A DNA stretch of 27,016 nt from a virus (taxonomy: Duplodnaviria; Caudoviricetes), in IMG/VR virus record IMGVR_UViG_3300005512_000277, positions 1 through 27,016 of that record; one strand, given 5' to 3'. The position numbers were made by a program, and so were the translations under genes. Below the pieces are notes generated by a model. That model saw nothing but the letters and a program-made list of their open reading frames with translations. It ran no database searches and had not been told where the DNA came from. The stretch's first letter is position 1; each line of letters begins with the position of its first letter. Below are positions 15,385-25,098 of this stretch, in pieces.

Positions 15385-15728
15385 TGCCAGCAGGCCGACC
15401 AAGAAAAGAAATAGACTGGAGCATAGTTGATAGCTTGTGTGGTATTCACTGCACGGGAGATGAGATAGCGAGCGTCTTAAATGTTCACTACGACACGCTA
15501 AACAACCGATGCAAAGAGGAGCATGGAGTTAATTTTTCGGACTACTATAAAAAGGCTTCATCTAGTGGAAAAATATCACTTAGGCGACAGCAATACTCGG
15601 TAGCTATGAAGGGTAACGTCTCAATGCTTATCTGGCTAGGCAAGAACATATTAGGGCAGAAGGACGCGCCGGAGAACGGCTCCGATCGGCAGGACATAAA
15701 TATAAATATCGTGACTCCCGATGCCTGA
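15384..15728 (+). CDS. terS: Terminase small subunit
   Basis: GRP.KEID, CT..EIA HTH, SLRR.Q and MLIWLGKN.LGQ.D motifs; directly upstream of TerL. Confidence 0.8.
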   Translation: MPAGRPRKEIDWSIVDSLCGIHCTGDEIASVLNVHYDTLNNRCKEEHGVNFSDYYKKASSSGKISLRRQQYSVAMKGNVSMLIWLGKNILGQKDAPENGSDRQDININIVTPDA

Positions 15729-16950
15729 TATCCGCCCGACGGCGCCTCAGTTCCAATATATAACGTCAAAGGCTAAGTTCCCCGCGTTCATCGCTGGGTT
15801 TGGGGCAGGCAAGACTGAGGCAGCTATCCTCCGGTCTATCTTCGGGCTAGTGGCTAACCCTGGGACTAATCGAGGCTTTTACGCTCCCACCTACGACCTT
15901 ATCCGAATGATTGCATGGCCCAGGTTCGAGGCGATGCTAGACGAGCTTGGCATTGCGTACAGACTTCAGAAGTCCCCTATAAATATGATTGAGCTAGAGG
16001 GCTATGGCTCGATCATCTTCCGGACTATGGATAACCCGCAAAGGATCGTGGGCTACGAACACGCTGACGCCGATATAGACGAGCTAGACACCCTCAAGAG
16101 GGACGACGCGGCTTACGCTTGGCGGCAGATCATGGCCCGGAACCGCCAGAAGAAGGCGGGGCCTAATACGATTGGGGTAACGACGACGCCTGAAGGCTTT
16201 AGATTCGTGTACGAGGCGTGGAAGAAGGACCCTAAAGACGGCTACGAGATCATCCAGGCCCCTACCGAATCCAACCCTTATCTACCAGATGGGTACATAG
16301 ATTCCCTTAAAGCGGCGTACCCTGAACACCTTCTGGCGGCGTACCTCAATGGGCAGTTCGTAAACCTGACCTCTGGGACCGTATACGCCTCCTATGACCG
16401 GGTACGGTGCGACTCCCAAGAGGTAATCCAGCCACGAGAACCGCTATATATCGGCTGCGACTTCAACGTGACTCAACAGTGCGCCACCGTCTACGTTCAG
16501 AGGGGAGACGGCTGGCACGCGGTAGATGAATTGACTCGTATGTTTGATACGCCGGAAATGATTAGGATTATCCAGTCTCGATACGATGGGCATCCCATAT
16601 ATATCTACCCTGACGCCTCTGGATCGGCGAGAAAGACAGTAAACGCCAGCGTCTCTGACATCGCTCTGTTAGAGCAGGCAGGGTTTTATATAAGGGTGAA
16701 CAAGCGGAACCCTGCGGTTAAGGATCGGATACTCGCTATGAACGCGGCGCTAGAAAACGGCACGGTTAAAATCAATGCGGCAAAGTGCAAGAATACGGCT
16801 GACTGTTTAGAGCAGCAGACGTATAAGAATGGCGAGCCTGATAAGAGCTCAGGGAACGATCACCAGAACGACGCGACGACGTACCCAATTGCGTACGAGT
16901 TCCCGGTGGTGAAACCGATTGCTAATGTTCGCTTCCAATTTGCGGTATGA
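15721..16950 (+). CDS. terL: Terminase large subunit
   Basis: Walker A AGFGAGKT, Walker B DIDE, coupling motif TTTP, nuclease GCDFN, YPDASG and DH..DA. Confidence 0.93.
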   Translation: MPDIRPTAPQFQYITSKAKFPAFIAGFGAGKTEAAILRSIFGLVANPGTNRGFYAPTYDLIRMIAWPRFEAMLDELGIAYRLQKSPINMIELEGYGSIIFRTMDNPQRIVGYEHADADIDELDTLKRDDAAYAWRQIMARNRQKKAGPNTIGVTTTPEGFRFVYEAWKKDPKDGYEIIQAPTESNPYLPDGYIDSLKAAYPEHLLAAYLNGQFVNLTSGTVYASYDRVRCDSQEVIQPREPLYIGCDFNVTQQCATVYVQRGDGWHAVDELTRMFDTPEMIRIIQSRYDGHPIYIYPDASGSARKTVNASVSDIALLEQAGFYIRVNKRNPAVKDRILAMNAALENGTVKINAAKCKNTADCLEQQTYKNGEPDKSSGNDHQNDATTYPIAYEFPVVKPIANVRFQFAV

Positions 16951-16977
16951 TGGACAAAACCTTTAGAGGGCGTGGCG

Positions 16978-18375
16978 ATGCCTGTAGATACTAAGCACCC
17001 GGAATGGGAACTGCATTACCCTATGTGGCAAAAGACTCGGGATGCTGTCCGGGGGTCTATTTATGTTAAAGAGAAGCGCCACGAATACCTGCCGGTGCCC
17101 GACGCTGAGTCAAACGACGATACCGTAGGCTCCCAAACGCTCCGCTATCGCCAGTATCTGAAGCGAGCCCTGTATACGAACTTCACGGGTCGGACCAAAT
17201 CCGCTCTGGTAGGCGCTGCCTTCCGCCGTGCCCCATCGTATGAGCTACCCAATGGCCTTGAGTACCTAGAGGACGATGCGACAGGGGACGGCCTTGGGGT
17301 GGTTCAGATGGCGAAGGACGAGCTATCAAACCTCCTAGAGACTGGGCGCTCTATCCTCCTGGTTGACTATCCCCAAACGGAGGACGGGCTGACGGCGGAA
17401 GAGGTGGCACGCCTAGACCTCCGGGCAGCGATCATCCCTTACACGGCAGAACAGTGCGTCAACTGGAAGACGGATAACGTCCGAGGGCGGAAGCTGCTCA
17501 CCCTGTGCGTCCTGGCTGAGTCCTATTTGGAAGGGGACGATGAATTCGGGCATGAGAAGAAAACCCAGTACCGCGTCCTGCGGCTCCGAGAGGACGGATA
17601 CACGCAGCAATTGTATCGGGACGAGGAAGAATATACGGACGAGTTTTACCCCCGTAAGGCAGATGGCTCGGTTTGGGACTTTATCCCGCTGATGTTCGTA
17701 GGATCGAAGAATAACGACGCAACCGTTGATGACGCACCCCTTTCTGATATTGCGGACGTCAACATCGCCCACTACCGGAACAGCGCAGACTATGAGGAGT
17801 CCTGCTTCATTACGGGCCAGCCTACGTTGTTCATCACCCACAACCTATCCCCGGAGCAGTGGCACGACTACAACCCGGACGGGATCAAGTTAGGGGCCCG
17901 TACAGGCCATGTATTAGGCGATACTGGCTCTGCGACTCTGCTCCAGCCTAACCCTAACTCCCTCGTCATGGAGGCCATGAAGGCGAAAGAGAACGCTATG
18001 GTGGCTATTGGGGCGCGGATTATCACTGACCGGGGCAACAATGAAACCGCAGAAGGGGCACGGATTCGCTTCGCGTCTGAAAATAGCGTATTAGGGGACG
18101 TAGTAAATAACCTCTCTATGGCTATCGAGCAGTGCATCTACTGGTGCGGTGAGTTCATGGGTACGGCTGAAGAGGCAGAGTTTGAGATCAATCGGGAGTT
18201 TTACGATAAGTCGCTCGACCCCCAGTTGATTATGGCTATGACGACGCTGCTAGACCGGCAGATCATCTCCGACGCAGACATCTTCGACCGGCTAAAGGCT
18301 GCGGGGATCATTGAAGGGGATCGCACCCTTGAGGACGTACGGGAGGAGCTGGGCGAAGTCAACCCGCTAGCATAA
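16978..18375 (+). CDS. Portal protein (DUF4055-type)
   Basis: HP.W...W...RD...G, Y..YL.RA...NF..RT and N..HYRNSADYEE motifs; follows TerL. Confidence 0.88.
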   Translation: MPVDTKHPEWELHYPMWQKTRDAVRGSIYVKEKRHEYLPVPDAESNDDTVGSQTLRYRQYLKRALYTNFTGRTKSALVGAAFRRAPSYELPNGLEYLEDDATGDGLGVVQMAKDELSNLLETGRSILLVDYPQTEDGLTAEEVARLDLRAAIIPYTAEQCVNWKTDNVRGRKLLTLCVLAESYLEGDDEFGHEKKTQYRVLRLREDGYTQQLYRDEEEYTDEFYPRKADGSVWDFIPLMFVGSKNNDATVDDAPLSDIADVNIAHYRNSADYEESCFITGQPTLFITHNLSPEQWHDYNPDGIKLGARTGHVLGDTGSATLLQPNPNSLVMEAMKAKENAMVAIGARIITDRGNNETAEGARIRFASENSVLGDVVNNLSMAIEQCIYWCGEFMGTAEEAEFEINREFYDKSLDPQLIMAMTTLLDRQIISDADIFDRLKAAGIIEGDRTLEDVREELGEVNPLA

Positions 18376-18656
18376 TGGCTAAGGACCCACGAATAGAGAG
18401 GCTAGGCGTTGAGGGATACAATAAACCGAAGCGGACGCCGAAACACCCAACTAAAAGCCATGTGGTACTCGCGAAGGAAGGGGACCAGATCAAAACGATC
18501 AGGTTCGGACAGCAGGGCGTATCTGGTTCTCCCCCCCGTAAAGGCGAGTCAGAGGCAGACAAGAAGCGACGAGCCTCATTCATGGCCCGACATCGAAAGA
18601 ACATCGCCAAAGGAAAAATGAGTGCGGCCTACTGGGCGGCAAAGGAGAAGTGGTGA
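18375..18656 (+). CDS. Small basic phage protein
   Basis: NKPKRTP.HPTKSHVV.AK.G...K.IRFGQQG...RR.SF.ARH...SAAYWA...W. Confidence 0.75.
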   Translation: MAKDPRIERLGVEGYNKPKRTPKHPTKSHVVLAKEGDQIKTIRFGQQGVSGSPPRKGESEADKKRRASFMARHRKNIAKGKMSAAYWAAKEKW

Positions 18657-18781
18657 TGCCTGTTTATAAGGTCAAGGGTGGTTATCGCTGGGGGCAGACC
18701 GGGAAGGTCTATAAGACGAAGGAAGAGGCCGAGAGGCAGGGCAAGGCCATTTTTGCGTCAGGGTATAAAAAGCGTAAGTGA
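18656..18781 (+). CDS. Small basic protein (41 aa, MPVYKVKGGYRWGQTGKVY...)
   Basis: Not in ORF track; TGATG and GTGA coupling, RBS aaggag. Confidence 0.65.
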   Translation: MPVYKVKGGYRWGQTGKVYKTKEEAERQGKAIFASGYKKRK

Positions 18782-19815
18782 GCACTAACGACGCGATTAA
18801 GGATGCCTTTATACGGCACCAAATCTTCGTGCAACGCTACGCTAAGGGCAGGGAGCGTGAGGCGGAAGAGTTCATTCGTAAGGTCTTAGAGGAGGCCGTG
18901 AGCCGTCTCAACATTGATCTGACGGAGCTTAACCGCGCTCGATTGGATCGCCTGATCCAAGACCTGATCCAACTGGTCAACGAGCTAAACGGCACCTATA
19001 CGGATGGGTTCATTCAGGAGGCCCTAGACTTCGTGGAGTACGAGGTAGGGTTTAACTTCCGCGTCCTCGGGGCGAACGTGGCGGTTGATACCGTCCTGCC
19101 TAACATGGCCCAAGTCCAAGCAGCTATGCTGACTAACATTATGGACCTCGAGCCCACCAAGGGCTATACGATCCGTGAGGCATTGGCGGAGTTCGGCAGG
19201 AAGAAGGGCCAACAGATCGTCCAGAAGATCAGGGACGGCATCGTATTGGGTGAGACAACCCAGCAGATTGTGAAAAACATTAAGGACCTTGAGGGCATCC
19301 AATCCCGGCAGGCAGCGGCGCTAGCGCGTACAGTTACCAACCATGTGTCGATTCAAGCCCGGCAAATCACCATGAGGGAGAACGATGACATTATCGACTC
19401 GTATCAATGGGTGGCGACATTGGATAGCAGAACGTCGCTCATCTGCGCATCCCGTGATGGACAGATTTACGAAGACATTGATTCAAACCCTAAACCTCCT
19501 GCTCATTTCAATTGCCGTTCCACTATCACTTTTGTGGTTAATCCTGAGTTTGATCTTGGTGCTGATATTGAGGGCGACCGTCCCTCCAAAGGGCCGGATG
19601 GAGTTCAGTCCGTAGGGGCTGATACGACGTATGAGCAATGGTTACGCCGCCAGCCCCAAGCATTCCAAGAGGAAGTATTGGGTATAGCGAAGGCGAAGCT
19701 ATTTAGGGATGGAAAGTTGTCTATAGGCCGATTCGTTGATGATCAGGGCCGCGTGTTATCATTAGACCAATTAAGAGAGTTGGAACCGCTGGCATTTGAG
19801 CAGGCGGGACTTTAA
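18778..19815 (+). CDS. Minor head / head morphogenesis protein (SPP1 gp7, Mu F family)
   Basis: LART, WVATLDSRTS.IC...DG and PPAHFNCRST motifs. Confidence 0.9.
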   Translation: MSTNDAIKDAFIRHQIFVQRYAKGREREAEEFIRKVLEEAVSRLNIDLTELNRARLDRLIQDLIQLVNELNGTYTDGFIQEALDFVEYEVGFNFRVLGANVAVDTVLPNMAQVQAAMLTNIMDLEPTKGYTIREALAEFGRKKGQQIVQKIRDGIVLGETTQQIVKNIKDLEGIQSRQAAALARTVTNHVSIQARQITMRENDDIIDSYQWVATLDSRTSLICASRDGQIYEDIDSNPKPPAHFNCRSTITFVVNPEFDLGADIEGDRPSKGPDGVQSVGADTTYEQWLRRQPQAFQEEVLGIAKAKLFRDGKLSIGRFVDDQGRVLSLDQLRELEPLAFEQAGL

Positions 19816-19852
19816 CGCGGCAGAGCCGCAACGTGCTAACCAGAGGTGACGC

Positions 19853-20515
19853 ATGAGTGATTTACTGCAAGACGTAGAACTAGACGATGGCCTTAAAGAA
19901 CAACTGTCCTCCCGTTTCAACGAAGCCCTACAGGCTAAACTAAACGAGGAGACTACTGGCCTTAAGAATAAGGTTGACGAGCTTCTGGCCGAAAAGAAGA
20001 AGGTGCAGCAGGAACGGGAAGAAGCCCGGATGCGCGCCAAGCAGGAAGCCGAAGATAAGGCTGCTAAAGAGAACGACTATAAGCAGCTATTTGAATCGCA
20101 GAAGCAGGAAGCCGACACGCTCCGCTCTACGATTGAGAAGATGAACGCTGATATTAGGCAGCAGAAAGTATCGACGGAGGCTGCTAAACTAGCGGCACAG
20201 TTGACAAAAGATACGCAACGCGCACAATTGCTACAGAAAGAGATTAGCCATCGGCTGACTCTTGTAGATAACGAATTAAGGGTGACGGACGAAAGCGGTC
20301 AATTAACCGTGTCCTCACTTGATGATTTGGCTAACGCTATCAGGAACGCATACCCGTTCTTGGTGGATGGCAGTCAAGCTAGTGGCGGCGGGGCCGTCAA
20401 AGCGCAAGGTGGAGCCGAAGCGCGGAAGGAAGTTAGTAGAGCCGCATTCGATAAGATGGACCAGCGCCAGCGCTCTGAGTTCGTCAAGTCAGGCGGTAAA
20501 ATCTTTGATGAATAG
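19853..20515 (+). CDS. Capsid scaffolding protein
   Basis: Coiled-coil (GLKNKVDELLAEKK), ASGGGA linker, position directly before the capsid gene. Confidence 0.8.
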   Translation: MSDLLQDVELDDGLKEQLSSRFNEALQAKLNEETTGLKNKVDELLAEKKKVQQEREEARMRAKQEAEDKAAKENDYKQLFESQKQEADTLRSTIEKMNADIRQQKVSTEAAKLAAQLTKDTQRAQLLQKEISHRLTLVDNELRVTDESGQLTVSSLDDLANAIRNAYPFLVDGSQASGGGAVKAQGGAEARKEVSRAAFDKMDQRQRSEFVKSGGKIFDE

Positions 20516-20532
20516 CATTCTGGAGGCCGGTT

Positions 20533-21678
20533 ATGGCTAACGTACTGACGAACCTCGCAGCGGATATCTACGTCGCTGCTGATGTGGTGGGGCGGGAGCT
20601 AACCGGCTTCATCCCTGCGGCTACCATTAACGCGAATGGCTCCGAGCGTGTTGCAAAGGGCGATACCGTCCGCGCTGCATTTACTCGCGCTGCTAGCGTT
20701 GTCGATGTGTCCGAGGCAATGACGATCCCCGAGGGGACCGATCAGACCGTGGACAACAAGACCCTCTCCATCTCTAACAGCCGTGCTGTCCAAATCCCCT
20801 ACACGGGTGAGGATATCCGCCACCTGAACAACGGTGTGGGCTTTGAGACCGTGTACGGCGACCAGATCGCTCAAGCTATGCGCGCTCTCGTGAACGAGAT
20901 GGAAGCCGATCTTGCAGAGGAAGCGTACACGAACGCATCCCGCGCATTCGGCACCGCTGGTACGACCCCGTTCGCAAGCAACTTCTCCGAAGTGGCCGAG
21001 CTTCGCCAGATTCTGGTGGACAATGGTATGCCTGCTAACGACGGCCAAGCCTCTCTGGTTCTGAACACTGTCGCTGGTACGAACCTGCGTCAGCTTGCTC
21101 AGCTTCAGAAGGTGAACGAGGCCGGTGGGGCTGACCTGCTTCGCCAAGGTACGCTGCTTGAGCTTCAGGGCCTGTCCCTGCGTGAGTCCGCTCAGGTTCA
21201 AGCGCACACCAAGGGCACGGGCTCCAGCTACCTGCTCAACGATGCTTCGTCCGCCATTGGCGATACGACCATCGCAGCAGACGGCGGCTCGGGTACCATC
21301 CTTGCTGGTGATGTAATCACCTTCAACGGTGACACCAATAAGTATGTCGTGAACACCGCTTTCTCTGGTGGTTCGCTGGCAATCGGGGCTCCCGGTCTGC
21401 GTCTGGCTCTCGCTAACGATGCACCTATTACCGTGGGTAACAGCTTCACCGCTAACGTGGCCTTCCATCGTCGGGCTCTGGAGATCGCAATGCGCGCTCC
21501 TGCTGTTCCCGAGGGTGGCGATGCTGCCGATGACGCAATGACCGTGCAGGACCCCTTCTCTGGGCTCGTGTTCGAGATTCGCGTGTATCGCGGCTATCGT
21601 AAGACCATGATCGAGGTTGCAGCAGCATGGGGTGTTAAGGCTTGGAAGCCTGACTTCATTGCTCTCCTCCTCGGCTAA
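20533..21678 (+). CDS. Major capsid protein (P22 coat-like, HK97 fold)
   Basis: 381 aa, MAN.LT start, GTAGTTPF, insertion domain AGDVITF.G, strong codon bias, followed by a terminator. Confidence 0.88.
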   Translation: MANVLTNLAADIYVAADVVGRELTGFIPAATINANGSERVAKGDTVRAAFTRAASVVDVSEAMTIPEGTDQTVDNKTLSISNSRAVQIPYTGEDIRHLNNGVGFETVYGDQIAQAMRALVNEMEADLAEEAYTNASRAFGTAGTTPFASNFSEVAELRQILVDNGMPANDGQASLVLNTVAGTNLRQLAQLQKVNEAGGADLLRQGTLLELQGLSLRESAQVQAHTKGTGSSYLLNDASSAIGDTTIAADGGSGTILAGDVITFNGDTNKYVVNTAFSGGSLAIGAPGLRLALANDAPITVGNSFTANVAFHRRALEIAMRAPAVPEGGDAADDAMTVQDPFSGLVFEIRVYRGYRKTMIEVAAAWGVKAWKPDFIALLLG

Positions 21679-21686
21679 GAGGTATC

Positions 21687-21710
21687 AGGGGGCCTTCGGG
21701 CCCCCTTTCT
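21687..21710 (+). terminator. Rho-independent terminator after the capsid gene
   Basis: AGGGGGCC-TTCG-GGCCCCCT followed by TTCT. Confidence 0.8.
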
Positions 21711-21722
21711 CTCGGGGGTATT

Positions 21723-21860
21723 ATGGAAACCAAGAAGAAGCCCGGACCTAAGCCGAAGCTGGTTAAGATGGTCCGCCCTGACGGAAAGACCGCAGACGTT
21801 CACCCTTCTGAAGTCGAGAACTACAAGCTAGGCGACTACAAGGTGATGGAGACGCGCTAA
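21723..21860 (+). CDS. Small head-associated protein (45 aa, ...ADVHPSEVENY...)
   Basis: Not in ORF track; ADVHP.EV.NY motif typical after this capsid type; TAATG coupling. Confidence 0.65.
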   Translation: METKKKPGPKPKLVKMVRPDGKTADVHPSEVENYKLGDYKVMETR

Positions 21861-22333
21861 TGGCTATCGTGGTCGAAGATGGAACGGTGGTCTCTGCGGC
21901 TAACTCTTACATCACCGTCGCAGAATTTAAGAGCTGGGCAGATGATCGCGGGATCACCTACGGGACCGACGCAGCTATCGGCCAGCAGCTATACCGCGCC
22001 CATGATTATTTCGAGTCGCTGTCCTTTAAGGGCGTCAAGCATACCGAAGACCAGCCGATGCAATGGCCTCGGGATGACGTATACATTGATGGGTACGCTG
22101 TAGATTCGGATGAAATCCCGAAGGAAGTTAAGGCCGCTATCTACGAGCTAATCAAGATCGAGGCGGACGGGGATTCCCGGCTAGCGCCTTCGGAGCGTGA
22201 GGTGACGTCGGAGCAGGTGGACTCTATCAAGATCACCTACAAGGACAACGCAGGCATGAAGCGCACCACGCCTGCGCTAACCCAAGCCCTTCGGAAGCTG
22301 GTTCAGCCTACGACTATGGTGGCTAGAGCGTGA
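21860..22333 (+). CDS. Head-tail adaptor (DnaT-like annotated family)
   Basis: IVVEDGT...ANSY.TV, Q.M.WPR and IP.EVK.A..EL motifs. Confidence 0.8.
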   Translation: MAIVVEDGTVVSAANSYITVAEFKSWADDRGITYGTDAAIGQQLYRAHDYFESLSFKGVKHTEDQPMQWPRDDVYIDGYAVDSDEIPKEVKAAIYELIKIEADGDSRLAPSEREVTSEQVDSIKITYKDNAGMKRTTPALTQALRKLVQPTTMVARA

Positions 22334-22680
22334 CGTACAACTACACGCCCATCACGGCGTCCGCTGGCCGAATGATTACGAAGTTCGGCAAGCAGTACAC
22401 GTTCACCCGTGTAACGAAGGGGGCCTACAATCCAGCTACGGGGCAGACTAGTGACACAGCGTCTACGTTTACGGGATACGCTTGCCTTTTTGACTATACT
22501 GACGCTGATAGGGCTGACGGTGCTATTTTACAGGGTGACCGTAGGATGCTCGCGGAGTCTGGAACGTATGAAGTCGGCGATACTGTCGTGGTGGGCTCAG
22601 ACACTTACCGTGTTATCAACATTAGCGATATCGGGCCCGGTGGGACCGTGGTCGCATCAAACCTACAGATTCGGAAATGA
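22330..22680 (+). CDS. Head closure protein
   Basis: I.KFG, G.YNP.TG, DG..I..GD and Q.R motifs; gene order. Confidence 0.75.
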   Translation: MTYNYTPITASAGRMITKFGKQYTFTRVTKGAYNPATGQTSDTASTFTGYACLFDYTDADRADGAILQGDRRMLAESGTYEVGDTVVVGSDTYRVINISDIGPGGTVVASNLQIRK

Positions 22681-23054
22681 AGGACCTAACGGAGGTTCTG
22701 TTAGAGTTCGGGGAAGTGCCGGAGAAGGTGGTACGCGGCACCCTATTGGGCCTGACGAGCCGGATCATTAAGCGCAGCCCAGTAGATACCGGGCGCTTTC
22801 GGAACAACTGGCAAGCGACGACTAATGCTCCTGCTACCGGGCAGGTTCAGGGCCAGGACAAGACCGGGAACAAGGCAGTAGATTCGGCTAGGACGGCGGT
22901 CAATAAGCTAGATATGGGGCAGGACTTCTTTCTGTCGAATAACCTCCCCTATGCGCATCGGCTAGAATTCGGCTGGTCCAAGCAAGCGCCTAGCGGGATG
23001 CTGCGGTTAAGCATTGCGGAGCTACAGCAGCGCATGAACGAGGCTGGGAAATGA
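22677..23054 (+). CDS. HK97 gp10-like tail completion protein
   Basis: SPVDTGRFRNNW and NNLPYA.RLEFGWSKQAP.GM motifs. Confidence 0.85.
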   Translation: MKDLTEVLLEFGEVPEKVVRGTLLGLTSRIIKRSPVDTGRFRNNWQATTNAPATGQVQGQDKTGNKAVDSARTAVNKLDMGQDFFLSNNLPYAHRLEFGWSKQAPSGMLRLSIAELQQRMNEAGK

Positions 23055-23458
23055 GTACCTTCTTCAACGATATACAGGCCGCGCTAGACACCCGCTTAGA
23101 CTCTATGGACTCTACGCCTATCGCATGGCCTAACGTCCCTTATGAGCCCCAAGGCGGCACGGTATACCTTCGCCCTAGCTTCCTCCCGGCTGAAACGCTA
23201 CAAGCCTCGCTAGGTGCCTCTGGGAAGGACGAGACCAACGCTATTTATCAGGTTGACGTTGTATTCCCTAGGGGATCGGGTAGGACTACCTTAACGGATA
23301 CCATCGCAGACCATTTCAAAAGAGGAACGGTTCTGTCGTACAATGGCACTAGTTTGCGGGTTCGGTCTGTTAGCATCGGTCCTGCGATTTTGGATGGCGC
23401 GTGGACTTTCGTGCCAGTTTCGATTGATGTGCAGACATTCACAGGGGCACGATCATGA
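23051..23458 (+). CDS. Tail terminator protein
   Basis: IAWPN, YQVDV..P.G.G and IA.HF.RG motifs; gene order. Confidence 0.78.
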   Translation: MSTFFNDIQAALDTRLDSMDSTPIAWPNVPYEPQGGTVYLRPSFLPAETLQASLGASGKDETNAIYQVDVVFPRGSGRTTLTDTIADHFKRGTVLSYNGTSLRVRSVSIGPAILDGAWTFVPVSIDVQTFTGARS

Positions 23459-24372
23459 CTATTGCAAATGGCGCACAACATAGTCTGCACTTCGTTGCAG
23501 AATCGACCTATGGCACCACGCCCTCCACCCCGACGTGGACGCCTGTTCCGCATACGGGAACGACCCTTGCTTTAACGAAGGACGCTATCGAATCCGAGAA
23601 GCTCCGGGGCGACCGTCAGGTGGAGGACTTCCGCCACGGGAACAAGAGCGTTTCTGGTGAGATTACCGGGGAGCTTGAGTACGACGCCTTCGACGATCTC
23701 CTGGAAGCGGCGCTCTGCGGCTGCTGGACGACGGATGTACTGAAAGCTGGCGTTACCCGTCGCTCGTTCACCTTTGAGCGTAAGTTCGCGGACCTTGCCG
23801 TGGCTGAGTATCACCGCTATACCGGGTGTGAAATCAACAGCATGGCTCTCAGCGTTAGCCCGAACTCGATGGTCACTTGCACCTTCGGGATCATTGGGAA
23901 GGACCTAACCACCAACACGACGCAGGTGGCATCCAGCACCTACAGCGCAGACGTTGGGAATACTCCTTTTGACTCCTTCACGGGATCAATTACGGAGGGA
24001 GGCTCCGCAATTGCTACGGTGACGGCTCTTGAGCTAAGTCTTGAGAACGGCATTGAACCTCTCTTTGCGGTTGGTTCTGCTACGACCCAACGTCCTGCGA
24101 TTGGCAAGAGCCGGGTGACGGGTACGCTGACGACCTACTTTGAGTCCAAGGCTCTGTACGAGAAGTTCCTAAACGAGACGAGCAGCAGCATTGCCCTAAC
24201 TCTGACCGACCTTGATGGCAACGACTACCTCATTGAGATCGGCAATGTTAAGTACAACAGCGGCCAGCCTGATGTTTCGGGGGAGGGCGCAATCACTATC
24301 GCAATGGACTTCGTGGGCCTCTACGACTCGTCGGATGCCTCCAACATTGTGATTACTCGGACTGCTGCATAA
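23455..24372 (+). CDS. Major tail tube protein
   Basis: E.TYGTTP, ESE.LR.DR, RSFTFE..F.D and Y.RY.GC motifs; 305 aa. Confidence 0.88.
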   Translation: MTIANGAQHSLHFVAESTYGTTPSTPTWTPVPHTGTTLALTKDAIESEKLRGDRQVEDFRHGNKSVSGEITGELEYDAFDDLLEAALCGCWTTDVLKAGVTRRSFTFERKFADLAVAEYHRYTGCEINSMALSVSPNSMVTCTFGIIGKDLTTNTTQVASSTYSADVGNTPFDSFTGSITEGGSAIATVTALELSLENGIEPLFAVGSATTQRPAIGKSRVTGTLTTYFESKALYEKFLNETSSSIALTLTDLDGNDYLIEIGNVKYNSGQPDVSGEGAITIAMDFVGLYDSSDASNIVITRTAA

Positions 24373-24391
24373 CCCATAAAAGGGCGGGATT

Positions 24392-24775
24392 ATGGAGTTT
24401 GACAAGCTAGCGACTACGGCAAGCCATGAAGCCGGGGCAGAGGTAAACATCCTCTCCCCGGTTGATGGTTCTAAGACTGACGTTTTCATCAAGATACAAG
24501 GCGCTGATTCTAAGGCATGGCGCAAAGAGAAGAAGCGTCAAACGTCTAAGATTATTGCGGCTAAGGCGGAAGGGAAGCTAGAGGAATTAGACTTCGACGC
24601 TATGGACGTAGACGCGCTCGTAGCTATCACGATGGACTGGAAGGGTATTACGAAGGGCGGCAAGAAGTTCGACTGCACCCCTGAAAACGCCCGAGCCCTC
24701 TACGAACAGTCTCCCTCTATCGTAGAGCAGCTATTACGATTCTTGGGGGATACGGCTAATTTTACGCAAGGCTAG
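24392..24775 (+). CDS. Tail assembly chaperone (lambda G equivalent)
   Basis: G.DS..WR, DW.G, TPENA..LY and ...ANF motifs; lies between tube and tape-measure genes. Confidence 0.82.
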   Translation: MEFDKLATTASHEAGAEVNILSPVDGSKTDVFIKIQGADSKAWRKEKKRQTSKIIAAKAEGKLEELDFDAMDVDALVAITMDWKGITKGGKKFDCTPENARALYEQSPSIVEQLLRFLGDTANFTQG

Positions 24776-25098
24776 TCGAGGAGTTCGTAGCGTTTGGCCG
24801 CTGGTGTATGTGGCTGAATGCCTGCCCCGAAGGCTCCACGGTTAGCCGCTTAGATACGTTCAGGCAGGTTCAAAAGTCTACGGGGAGAACGCCTAAAGAG
24901 CTTGATGGGCCCAAGCTGTCTAGCCTTCACGATAGCGCGTGGCGAGCGTACACTGACCTGACGGAGTATACTTATTCAGAAATCGAGAGCTACTCCCGGC
25001 TGACGGGTAATGAGCTAGAGCCGTGGGAAGTCGAAGCCGTTATGGCGCTGGCTAAGTATCGTGGAGCAGAACCGAAATGGCCTCTTACGAAGCACTAA
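24760..25098 (+). CDS. -1 frameshift extension of the tail chaperone (lambda GT equivalent)
   Basis: The -1 frame opens exactly at TTT 24760 after TAA and reads FYARLVEEFVAFGRWCMWL...SEIESY.RL.G..L.PWEVE. Confidence 0.72.
   Translation, partial: FYARLVEEFVAFGRWCMWLNACPEGSTVSRLDTFRQVQKSTGRTPKELDGPKLSSLHDSAWRAYTDLTEYTYSEIESYSRLTGNELEPWEVEAVMALAKYRGAEPKWPLTKH

Noticed and set aside
20599-21468. 289-aa - strand ORF opposite the capsid gene
   Set aside because: Codon-aligned shadow of a strongly biased gene; no recognisable motifs.
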